Source: Zygnema circumcarinatum SAG 698-1b (Eukaryota > Plantae > Zygnematophyceae). From it: a stretch of DNA of 64,000 bases. This document shows positions 31,783 through 42,876 of this stretch, in pieces (positions within the stretch are counted from its first letter, which is position 1; every line of letters starts with the position of its first letter). The notes under the pieces were generated by a model. It saw only the letters and a list, made by a program, of their open reading frames with translations. It ran no database searches and was not told the origin of the DNA. Both the position numbers and the translations under genes were made by a program. The stretch covers positions 4,402,001 to 4,466,000 of the forward strand of contig CM074806.1 in assembly GCA_037447605.1 (NCBI GenBank), in the 5' to 3' direction.

Positions 31783-33104
31783 GCAAGTTCCTGCATTTAC
31801 TCTCACTCAGCCAGTCTGATTGATACACCACTACACTTTTTGTGAACAACCTCAAGCCATCCTCCCAACCAGCCAATGCATCCATCCAAATGATGCAAAA
31901 GACTGCGAAGATAGGAAACGGTCCCACCACTGATGGGAAAATGATCCAATGGCTTAAATACCTGCAGAGGCACAGGCTGAGGGAAGGGTCGGCTCGTCGC
32001 TAGCAGACCTTCATATAAGGCATCAGTACTGTACCAGGAAGAGCACCGACAGACAGGTAAAACAAATGGCCAAAGCTGACTTGCAACGAATGCCTCCAGC
32101 ACATGTTCTCTGCTTCAAGTTCCATAAACAGAATGGCCCTTATAAATTTCAAACGGGACGTCGCAATTGGAGTTGAGAAGGCAGAGCTTGGCATGGTCGT
32201 GGTAATGGCAGAACCCCTACAGTGAGCGGACGAATGCACAAGAGCAATCCCTTCTCTTGAAGACACTGCAGGGAAAAGAGGAGCTCACCTGATGCATGGA
32301 CCTCTGGGCAGTCTGCGATGCCTGGACGAGAACCCACCCCCTGATGCCGTCGATCGTTCCATATAATAAGTGCTGCAGCTGCATCCACCCATCCCATAAG
32401 GCCTAGGAATGACTAGTGAACAAAGGCTACTCATACATGGATCACCTTCAGGTATATAGAAGAGAGACGAAGCGAAGACCTATCTTTCAAAAACTACTAG
32501 CAGCCAAGAACTGTTGGAAGCAAAGCTTGGAGTTACGGGGCACATCTATCAAAAGTACCGCATGGGCTTCTGTTTTTAGTGAACATAAGGTACTACTCCT
32601 TAGACAGAGCAGCACATATCCACCCTTCATGGCCTAGACCATCTTGTAACACCTGCTGTTTTTTAGCATGGCATTTGGGACTGTCATTCTGGAGGCTGCG
32701 TCAAAGCAGGTGAGACGAAAGGTGGTTTTGGAGTAGAGCTTCGTGTCAGCCCTTTGTGTGGCGCAGTCAAGCACTTTAGTCTTTGTGAAGATTCTTCAAT
32801 CTGTGGCAGGTTATGTATAGTGTAGAGGCTTTTTTATTCTGTTGTGCAATTTTGGATGAAGCGTGCTCAGGTTTGGTCGGTGATGAGCGCTTAAGTTCGG
32901 GAAGACGGAAAGCAGAATCTGTCTTAGTGAACTTCGGGAGTTGCTTGATCTGAATAGCTGGAGACTATCCAGTTCAACGATTGTCTCGAAAGCAATTGTT
33001 GCTGTTTGATGAGGCGCCTGATTGTCTGTGGGAAACAAACGTGAGAGTGGTGTCAGCTCGTGACTTACATGCTGATCTGAGCATCCTGATCTGATTTCTC
33101 ACAG

Positions 33105-33325
33105 GCCGCAACCAACAAAGCACGAGCATTCTTACCATTTTTACAAATGACAAGGAGAATGCCGGCCGTGGTGGACTATGTCCTCAGCGGGCACCGTTTC
33201 AAGCTCATTGTTCCACGGGAGATGTGTGCTATTGCTTTCTCACTTGCCGGAGTGCGGTGCCCTGAGAAGGGGGAGACGAGACAAACGAGACAGACGAGGC
33301 AATTGCATTCATGCGTCAGCTCCTA
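33105..33325 (+). pseudogene. TSN: Isolated upstream Tudor-SN exon fragment
   Basis: After a ttctcacAG acceptor: AATNKARAFLPFLQMTRRMPAVVDYVLSGHRFKLIVPREMCAIAFSLAGVRCP, then a frameshifted DEAIAFMRQ. Matches the plant Tudor-SN SN3/SN4 region. Confidence 0.85.
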
Positions 33326-33978
33326 AAAATGCTTCGCTGGGTGTGGGGTTGCATTCTTCAATGGCCGCTACTTTAGAAAGACGCGAAAGCGCAAGAGGAT
33401 GGCTCCTCCAGATTTTGGCCCGTCTAGTGGGATTGCTGGATAGTGGCGGCATTGGGAGAGCTTGAGAAGCCTTCTTCTTCCTAACTCTTTTGCAAAGCGA
33501 AGCAAGAAGTGCCGCAAACTGTTCTGTAGCTCGTAAGACTGTTGGGGTGGCATGGTCATCGCGGGTCGTGGAGGGTTGGCCCCAGTTTTAAGCGCCCTGT
33601 GTTGGGCCTTCAGTGTTTTTTGTGTCATCGATTTGCTCCATTTTACCTCCAACTACTGTAGTCACACGTACTGTAGTGGAGTGCTATTCCGTACGGTACG
33701 GCAGTCTAGCAGCCTTACCAAATGGGGACTTCTAGGAAGCTTCCTGGATGTCTCTCTCTCTCTCTAAATGATAAAGGACGAAAATCAAATGCGCATTACT
33801 TTTTGTGTTTTTTTTGTTTTGTTTTTCTTTTGTTTTGTTTCAAATGTTGGAACGGAAGGTCACCTGGGGAGATCGACTGACAGCATTGCCATTGCCAAAC
33901 ATGCGAAAAAAAAAAAGTCTTTTGGGCCCACAATGCTCTCTCAGCACATGTTTAAACCACAGCTCCAACTTACATCTG

Positions 33979-35006
33979 TTACCGTATCGACTTCAGTTTA
34001 AACTTCTTCATAAAAGCACCGTCAGTACCTTTGAACAAGACCCTCAACGAAAACTCCTTGTGATCAATTCCTGCCTCCACCAGCGCCCTGTACCTCGGCT
34101 TCAGCCGCTCCTCAAGGGAGAGCCTCAGTATGTACGGGTTAATGTGGAGCTCCTCCTTGCTACGTCCCATCTCAGTCAATACGAAGTCAATCTTGGACTT
34201 AGTACTATCCCAAGACCTGCTAAGCATTAAGGGCTGCACTTTCACCATTTTCAAGGCTGGAAGGTCCCCGAAGTGCTGCTTCAGATGCTTGTACGTGTTA
34301 TCCATTGTGTCCCATGGTTCTACTAGCATCTTTGGGTTACTCTGCAGCACTTTCTGAGCACCATCGCGCCCGAAAATCCCCTCCAATCCAGCCACAACAT
34401 CCTTGAAGAGATGGCCCTTTGTCCTAACGATGGAGGGGAAAAGAACGAGAACATTCCTTCCTGCCTCGAAAGGGAAGGTCGACCGCACAGCCTCAACTCC
34501 CTCCTTTATTGTTTCAAGACTGTAGCAGAGAATTTTTGGGTAGCTCTCCAGCATGGCGCCTGTGACAGGGACGCCTAACTCCTTGAATAGACGAGCCTTC
34601 GCCTCAAGAGTCTGCACACTGTCAGCCAAAATTTCCGGCATTTTTCCTATCACCTTTCCTAAGTTCTTCACCTTCACAGTGTTCCGAAGGAACTCGATCA
34701 CGCGTTCCTGCTTCTCATCTGGAGCGACGAGGAAGCTGCTGTGCCAGGAGCTGCGCTCTAATGCGTTGAAAAAGTCGTGGGAGTTGACCCCATGGCTCTG
34801 GAAGAAAGCTGCTTTAAGAAGGATATGCTTATAGCCCCTTATAAGGTCACTCTTCTTCTTATCAACAATGCGGTGGACTTGCTGCTGCGTGCATCCCAAG
34901 CTGAGGAGAGCGTCCACTGCTCCTCGGAGAGCCCTTGCCGAATTCGCAGCTTTTTGCTTAGCCACAGTGGCTCTGCCTGCACTCGCTTTGTCAAGTTCTT
35001 TTTCCT

Positions 35007-35045
<39 letters not shown>

Positions 35046-35073
35046 ATCCATGGCGCACTTGAAGGAACTGAGT
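33979..35073 (-). pseudogene. mTERF: mTERF copy 3, 5'-truncated (lacks promoter, ATG and most of the transit peptide)
   Basis: Homology to the other copies ends at ~35073, where the 3' flank of copy 4 begins. The 'M' at 35058 is a GTG and an in-frame TAG lies upstream with no ATG in between. The core frame is otherwise open. Confidence 0.8.
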
Positions 35074-35303
35074 ACCAAATGGAAGCTTCCAGGATGTCTC
35101 TCTCTCTCGCTAAACAATAAAGACGAATATGAAATGCGCATTTCTTTGTGGTTTTTTCATTTGTCTTTTTTTTTTTAATGGAACAGAAGGTTACTGGGGA
35201 GGTCGACTGACAACATTGCCATTGCCAAACATACAGAAAAAAAAAAAAAAGTCTTTGGGCCTCACAATGCACTCTAAGCACATGTTCAAACCGCAGCTCC
35301 AAC

Positions 35304-36476
35304 TTACATCTGTTGCGGTATCAAGTCCACTTTAAACTTCTCCACAAAAGCAGCGTTTTTAGAAAAGATTAAGGACCACAGCGAAAACTTCTTGTGATCA
35401 ATTCCGGCCTCCACCAGTGCCCTGTACCTCGGCTTCAGCCGCCTCTCAACAGAGAACTGCAGTATGGACGGGTTCATGTAGATCTCCTCCTTGCTACGGC
35501 CCATCTCAGTCAAGAAGAAGTCAATCTTAGACTTAATACTATCCCAAGGCCTGCCAAGTAGTAAGGGCTCCACGTTCACCATTTTCAAAGCTGGAAGGTC
35601 CCCGAAGTGCTGCTTCAGCTGCCTGTACGTGTTATCCATTGTGTCCCGTGGTACTGATAATATACATCGGTTATTTTGCAGCACTTTCTGAGCTCTATCG
35701 GGCCCGAAAATCCCCTCCAATCCAGCCAAAACATCCTTCAAGTGATGGCCCTTTTTTCTAACGATGGAGGGGAAAAGAACGAGCACATCCTCTCCTGCCT
35801 CGGGGAAGGTCGACCTCACAGCCTCAACTCCCTCCTTTATTGTTTCAGGACTGTAGGAGAGCATGGTTGGGTAGCTCTCCAGCAGAGCGCCTGTGACAGG
35901 GACGCCTAACTCCTTCCATAGACGAGCCTTCGCCTCAAGAGTCTCCGCGCGGTCAGTCATTTTTCCAATCACCTTCCCTAAGTTGGTCACCTTCACAGTG
36001 TTCCGAAGGAACTCGATCACGCCTTCCTGCGTCTCATCTGGAGTGAGGAGGAAGTTTCCGTGCAAGGAGGTGCGTTCTAAGGCATTGAAAAAGTCGTGGG
36101 AGTTGACCCCATGGCTCTGGAAGAAAGCTGCTTTAGGAAGGATATGCTTATAGCCCCTTATAAGGACACTCCTCTTCTTATCAACAATGCGGCGGACATC
36201 CTGCTGCGGGCATCCCAAGCTGAGGAGAGCGTCCACTGCTTTTTGGAGAGCCCTCGTCGAATCCGCAGCTCCTTCCTTAGCCACGGTGGCTTTGCCTGCA
36301 CTCGCTTTGTCAAGTTTTTTTCCCTCCTTGCTGCTGCTGCTGCTGCTGTATCCATGGCGCCCTTGAAGGGCCTGAGTGCAAGTCAGTTGTTCAAGGGTTG
36401 GATGATACCATGGTAGGCGGAACGGAGATCCGTTCCAAACGGTCCGACGAAAAAAAGGAAGAATGGAAGCCGCCAT
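35304..36476 (-). CDS. mTERF: mTERF-family protein, copy 4
   Basis: Intact ORF MAASILPFFRR..DLIPQQM*, with a 4-aa in-frame deletion (GKM----TDRAETLEAK) relative to the other copies. Confidence 0.9.
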   Translation of the reverse strand: MAASILPFFRRTVWNGSPFRLPWYHPTLEQLTCTQALQGRHGYSSSSSSKEGKKLDKASAGKATVAKEGAADSTRALQKAVDALLSLGCPQQDVRRIVDKKRSVLIRGYKHILPKAAFFQSHGVNSHDFFNALERTSLHGNFLLTPDETQEGVIEFLRNTVKVTNLGKVIGKMTDRAETLEAKARLWKELGVPVTGALLESYPTMLSYSPETIKEGVEAVRSTFPEAGEDVLVLFPSIVRKKGHHLKDVLAGLEGIFGPDRAQKVLQNNRCILSVPRDTMDNTYRQLKQHFGDLPALKMVNVEPLLLGRPWDSIKSKIDFFLTEMGRSKEEIYMNPSILQFSVERRLKPRYRALVEAGIDHKKFSLWSLIFSKNAAFVEKFKVDLIPQQM

Positions 36477-37263
36477 GGCGCGGACTTCTGAAGCATGCGG
36501 CCGCTGATAGCGAGTCACTTCCTCATTTCTCGCTGCCCAAGGCTTCCAGCACTCAACCCTAACCTGTTAGAACCAACTCTGACCCTAATCCTTACCCTCA
36601 TCCTAACCCTAACGCAAACCCTAACCCTAACCTCAAGCACGAGCTTGACCTCACTCTAAAATCATCCGCCATATCTCTAATCTGAGCCCTCTCCTGCCCT
36701 GCTGTCCTGCTGAAATCAGAAAGACATTACAGTGCTGTAACCGAGACAATCCAATACACTCCTTTGCGGTGTATTGTCGGCATTATTTAATGCATTATCA
36801 CATTTGGCGTTCCGATGGTGATATTAATGCACATTTCTCGCCCATTACCACCAATTGAACTCTCATCATTACTATCAAGAGGGGAAGAAAGAGGCGCACT
36901 GAGCGACGCGAGGCTGCAGAACTGCAACAGCGCCGGTTTACTGTTATGTACATCCTTACCGCAAAGCCCAAAAAGTGCGACCTTCAACAGGAATTTTGTA
37001 AAACACCCTACGAAGTCTCCCAATGAGTCTATGACACGTGTCCAATGAAACACGTTTCGATTGGTGATTCGAGGGTCGCTACTGGAATCTTTTTCAGAAA
37101 GTAGTTAAACGCTGATTTTGATTAGAACAGAACACGGAACCAACTATGACTGAACGGACGAGCAAGGAACGCCTCTCCATCCCGCCGAGTCCATGTTGTC
37201 GCCCTCTCATGGGAGGCGCCACGTGGCGGCCTCTAGTGCAGCCTCCTCCGCAACAGGGCAGCT

Positions 37264-40200
37264 ATGGCTGCTGCTCTCTCTCTCCCCCTTCTCACTGCCC
37301 ATTGTAATGCTGCCCTTAAACCTAACGTACTTCTCTCAGAGGGAATCCGCCACCCTCACAAATCTCAAATTAGGGCTGGCTCTGAAAACCACCACTCGGC
37401 AGCAGTACGAATGCTTTCTGGGCGCACAATCGCTAGGAGCGCCACACGGTGCAGACATAAGGCTTCCGTGGCGAGTTCTGATATTGCAAATTGGTCAGGG
37501 GAGGAGGATTCTATGTATGGAGAAGAAGTCGAGGGGTTTCAGAGCGCGGAGGGAGCGGCAGCGCTTAAGGAGTCGGTGCTGCCGGAAGAAGTGGATGTAG
37601 TGGTTGTAGGGGCCGGGCTTGGTGGTCTATGCTGCGCTGCTCTGCTCGCCAAGTATGGCCTCAGGTACGTGCCAGCATGCAAACGCGGAACGCATTGTTT
37701 AGGTTTGTATGGATTGCAGTCATGCGGTAATGCTGACGGTGTACAAATACAGGTTCTCGGGTGCGGAGTTTCCTCTCTCTCTATGTCTCTCTTCACCTTC
37801 CTCTGACCCCCCTTCCTCTCCCTTTCGACTCTCCCAACTCTTCTCTTTCCCCTCTTTCCTTCTCTCCCTTTCTAACTTCCCCTCCCTCGACATATCCATC
37901 TCCCTCTCCCGCTCCCTCCCTTCCCTCTCCATCCCCTTCTCACTCCCTCTCCACGCCCAATTTTTTCTCCCCCTCCCCCTCGCTCCTCTTCTCTCCCCCT
38001 TCCCTCTCTACTCCCCCCTCCCCCTTCCCTTGCCCCTCCCCCTTTCTCCCATCCCCCCTCCCCGTTCCCCCTTCCCTTCCCCCTCCATCCTCCCCCTACT
38101 CCCCCTCCCCCTTCCCCCTCCATCCTCCCCCTACTCCCCCTCCCCCTTTCCCCTTCCCCACCCCCCTCAGCCCCCCCTCCCCCAGCCCTCTCCCCCCCCC
38201 TCCCTCAGCCCTCCCCCCTTCCCCCTCAGCCCTCCCCCCCCCTCCCCTCTCTCTCTCTCTCTCTCTCTCAATCTTTCGATTACCTGACGAAGGCAGAGGG
38301 AGGGGGGAGGGAGGATAGGGGTGCCGAGCAGTGTGGGGGTCTGCGAGAGTCACACGATCCCTGGAGGCGCCGCTCACTCCTTTGTTCGCCGCGGTTTCCA
38401 CTTCGACTCCGGACCGTCCTTCCACGCCGGCTTGTCCTTGGACAAATCCCTTAACCCGTTGAAACAGGCAGGTTCCTGCATTCACTCTCACTCAAACTAT
38501 TTCACTTCTTGCTGGTTGGTGTTGAAGGACATGTTCTGGTGACGAATGTCGTCCAATAGCAAAGGGTCGAAACGTTCAACTTTTTTGGTTATGATGAGTG
38601 TTTTTCGTTCTTGATCAGGTCCTCGATGTGTTGGGAGAGAAAGTGGAGTGTGTGACATATGACACATGGATAGGATACCTTCCGGAGGGCCGCTTCACAT
38701 TTAAGGCGAATGCGGAAGCCTATCGAAGTGAGCTCGCAAGAGTAGCAGGGCAGGTGAGAGCAGAAAGCGCATTCACTTCAAGTTTTTCCTCCTTGTGAAG
38801 CTTTCCAATCTTCTTCATGTTTGGACCAATGACAGATAGCTCACTTCACGAGGTGACTTTCTCGAGTGGAGTTGTTCCATGCTCCCGTTGTGACGCTGTA
38901 GTTCTATTACTGAAACATGCCAGGTGGCCCTCAAGGAGTGGATAGAGCTGGAAAAGCGAGTCGCCCCATTGGCTGCTGCAGCTGCTGCATTGCCGGCGAG
39001 TGCCCTTAGGAGTGACCCGGGTGTTGTGTTCACATTAGCAAGGTATCTTCCCGGTCTTCTTCCCACACTTCCGTGGGCTCCATGGCTGCTGCGGCCCTTC
39101 TCCGTTGTTGTTAACGAGGTGAGTCCCTACATGGTGGTGGGCATATCTGTGAATTTAGACAAACCCCAAAAGAGATAAAGGTCAGGTGGAAAAGTATTCT
39201 GTGTCTGCAGTGATGCAGAGCTGATCTGCATCACTTTTCAGGCTCGCATCACATGTGGTTCAAGATAAATCGATGAAATCTCCTTGTTCGGCAGGTTGTG
39301 CAAAACACGTTTCTGCGGCGTCTTATCGATCTCGAGTGCTTTGTTCTTAGTGGCATGCTCGCTGACAGGTACGTTCAGATGCCTCTCTCCCTCATTCATA
39401 GATTCCCCTTCTCTCTCCCTCACACACATTTCCTCACGCACCCTCACTCTCTATCTGTGCCTCTATGTCGCTATTCTACATTGCTACTCTCTTTTGCCAT
39501 TCCGTTCTTCAAAAACGTTAGGATCAATAGGACTGCACATTCAAATACTGATAATGATTGATTGGTTCGTGCAATTCGATTGAATTTTGTGTTCACAATT
39601 CTTCCCCCACTACAGCACCATTACAGCAGAAATGGCGTTCATGTTTTTCGAAAGATCTCGCCCCGAAGGAACGATCGATTACCCTATGGGAGGAGGGGGG
39701 GCCATAGTTGATGCCCTTGTTCGAGGGTTAACTAAGCATGGAGGGAGACTGTTTCTGGGAACACATGTGAACGAGATTATGATCGAAGATGGGAAAGCAT
39801 GCGGTGTGAAAGTAGGGTTAAAAAAAGGGAAAATGGAAAAAGTTATTAGGGCGCGAAAAGCTGTTGTTTCAAATGCATCGATTTGGGATACAGCAAAACT
39901 GCTGCCGACGGAGTCAAAATTTCGACCCATCAAAGAGTATGAGAGCAGAGCAACATCGACAGGAGAAACCGGAAGCTTTCTACATCTGCATTTGGGAATA
40001 GATGCGACAGGTAGACCTTCCTTCTCTATGAGTCCATTAAACACCCTTTCGAAGCCTTAGTTTCGCAAACCCTATTAGTCGATTGAAACTCCAAATTATC
40101 ATTCTAACTATATGAAACCCTAATGGCATGCAGGATTGCCGGAAGACTTGGAGTGCCACCATCTCATAGTGAACGACTGGGAGATGGGAATTGAAGCGCC

Positions 40201-40836
40201 CCTTAATGTTATTATTGTCTCAATTCCGTCTGTCTTTGATCCCAGTCTCGCCCCCCCTGGCAAGCATACAGTGCACTGCTACACAGCCGGAAACGAACCC
40301 TACGATTTGTGGAAGGGAATGGATCGGATGAGCCCAGAATACGCCGCCTTGAAGAAAGAGCGAGCCGAGGTGGGCCCAAATCCACCCAAAAAAAAAATAT
40401 TTTTAATTCCATTTGAAGTTATTACACTGCACTGCCCTCCCCCTCCCTCCCCTCTCTCTCCTCTATCATATGTAAACCATCTTCTCATATGCAATACACG
40501 TGTTGAGTTGTGCAGGCCTTGTGGCTTGCACTGGAGAGAGTGATTCCTGACATCAGAGAGAGGACGGAGTTGGAGCTTATAGGAACACCTCTCACTCACG
40601 AGCGCTATGTTCGGAGGAATAGGGGCACTTATGGGCCGGCTGTGAAGGCAGGGGAAGGCTCATGGCCGGGCCCTAGAACGGAAGTTCCATGTTTACTATG
40701 TTGCGGGGATTCCACGATGCCTGGTATTGGGGTCCCGGCAGTGGCAGCTAGTGGGCTTATGGCAGCCAATGCCCTTCTTTCAGTTTGGGATCAGCTTGAC
40801 ATGTTGAACACAATCGAAGGAGTGGGGAAGGCATGA
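37264..40836 (+). CDS. CRTISO/CrtH-like FAD-dependent oxidoreductase (phytoene dehydrogenase superfamily), probably plastid-targeted, 8 exons
   Basis: Exons 37264-37664 (GAGLGG FAD motif), 38332-38467 (ESH..PGGAAHSF..FDSGPS), 38619-38753, 38924-39118, 39295-39368, 39616-40010 (YPMGGGGAIVDALVRG..HLHLGIDA), 40134-40369, 40516-40836 (GTPLTHERY..YGPA..GDSTMPGIGVPAVAASG). Intron 2 has a GC donor. Confidence 0.92.
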
Positions 40837-41124
40837 CGGAGGGGGGGTAATGCATCGTGAATTTGAAAAGTGGGTGACAAACTTCGAACTCTTCTTATTC
40901 ACACTTCTTGGACCTGATGCAGCCGCTATAGATTATCGTTTGATGTGCTAAGTTCTGGCAGATTTTATTTAAGTAACCCCTTATAGCTCCATCCAGTCAA
41001 AACGTCCGTCACTCAGACTTTGAGCATCTTATAAGCAATACGATTGGCAGCATGGAAAGCATTTGTTACTTACAGCTTGTAACCAAGCCCAACACCTTCA
41101 AACGAGGGTTACTCAAAAGCGGCT

Positions 41125-41706
41125 TCAGTTTACGTTTTTTGCTTCCATGTTCGTTTGGACATAAGGAGAAATAATGTCTTTACAAACTTCAGGAGGGAAT
41201 GCTTGTCTATTCTTCTGGGCACAAGGCATACAAAATCGCTTTGTATAAAAGAGACTGCAAGAAGATGCAGGGCAGACTTGTTCCCCACACACACAGCAAC
41301 GTCCTCCTAAAAAGAGAGCTCTTTCCCTTTCCGTGAAGGGGTCCCTGCAGACAAACGCATCCTCCAAGAACCTGTGCAGAGAGCATTGCAGAGCATCCGT
41401 GTCAATATTCTGCCGTCGTTTCAAGTCCCTGTTCGATTCTGCTGCTTGAATGAGTCATGAAAAGGAATCATGTTCAGCTTTTCTAGAAAGAGAACTCGTA
41501 GGGTTGAAATAACAGTTGGTCTGCTACCATGTACTGAAAACGTAGCAGAAGCATATGGCTTGGATCTCATCCAGGCTGCGGAGAAAAGCAGCACATGGTT
41601 GATTTTCTCTGACTTACACTATCTTTGGTGCATATGGCGGCTTGCGACCAAAGTAATCATAAGGCGCCTCTAGACCGCACTGAGAGCAATGGAAGTGGCC
41701 GCCCAT
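41125..41706 (-). CDS. CDPF1: Cysteine-rich DPF motif domain-containing protein, 2 exons
   Basis: Exon 41706-41618 (MGGHFHCSQCGLEAPYDYFGRKPP) and exon 41371-41125 (FLEDAFVCRDPF..LGGRCCVCGEQVC..CSLFYTKRFCMPC). Confidence 0.88.
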
Positions 41707-42876
41707 GCTGTGACCCTCACCTGTTGTACAACACAAAAATGGCAAAAACAAGAAAGTATTCAGAAAGTGAGGACTTTTATTTGCATGTAAAGACACGAGT
41801 TCGATGTAAGGATGAAAGGACAAAGGAAAAAGCACCTCTGTGTCTCATTACACAGTAGTAAAAGTGAATGAGGCGCGTTGAAGGTCTCAAACTTTAAGTA
41901 TGTGACGGCTGGTGTTTGGAACTTCAGCCATTCCCGCAAAAATCGCCGCCGAATTCAAGTTAGCAAACGTGCTTTGCTTTCTTTAACGAAATTTAGATGT
42001 GATCAGTCTTTAAAAGTGACAGACTACATGAGTCGATTTAAGTGTTTCTTTTGTGAAGTAAATTGTCCTCTTAACGCATTAATTCATGCATGAGAGGCCA
42101 AGAAACCGCTTCCTGGTCGATTTAAAGGATTCTCCAACCAACAAGAGTATAAATAAAAAAAAATGATGGAGTAATTCAATAAGAAAAAGTGGAAAAGGGG
42201 GAAGCTGCAGACATTACCGGCGGCCAGAGATTAATGAGAAAAAAATTGGAGCAGGCGGGAAATTGGGGTGCTATTTACTATCAGAATTGACCCCTAGACA
42301 TTAGTTCCTTCCACGAATCCCTTCCTCCGATGTAGCTGAAAAGGTTACACCTTCGATTCTTGCGATGGGGAGGGGAAGATAGAGAGAGAGAGAGAGAGGG
42401 AGAGAGGGGGAGAGGGGGAGAGAGGTCGAGAGAGAGAGAGAAAGGGAGAGAGAGAGAATGTGATGAAGCCATGCGAGAAGAACTCTCCCCTCATCAATCT
42501 GCGCCTCTCCCTCGCTCTCTCATAGCCCCACACTCTCCGCTCGTGCTCACAGACAGCCATCATCAGTATCGCCATATCTCGATTCGATAATAACCCAATA
42601 CGATATATATGCAATATATCCTTGTTCGATATTGATCAGTATTTGGCTGAAACTGTCGATATTTGCAGTGCAGGGCTGGGGCTGCTGCTCCCAGCAGGTG
42701 CAGATATCTCCCTCCTCGCTTAAAGCACAGCATGCAGTGCCTGCAGGAATGCGGCTGGATATTGCAGTGAAATATGAAAGAGAGTTTTGCACTGCGTTGC
42801 AGAATTGAGGACAGATTTTCCAATCGACTTTTCGTCCAGCAATGCTTGCTGGTGCTTGCATTAAAACAAAGGAAAT

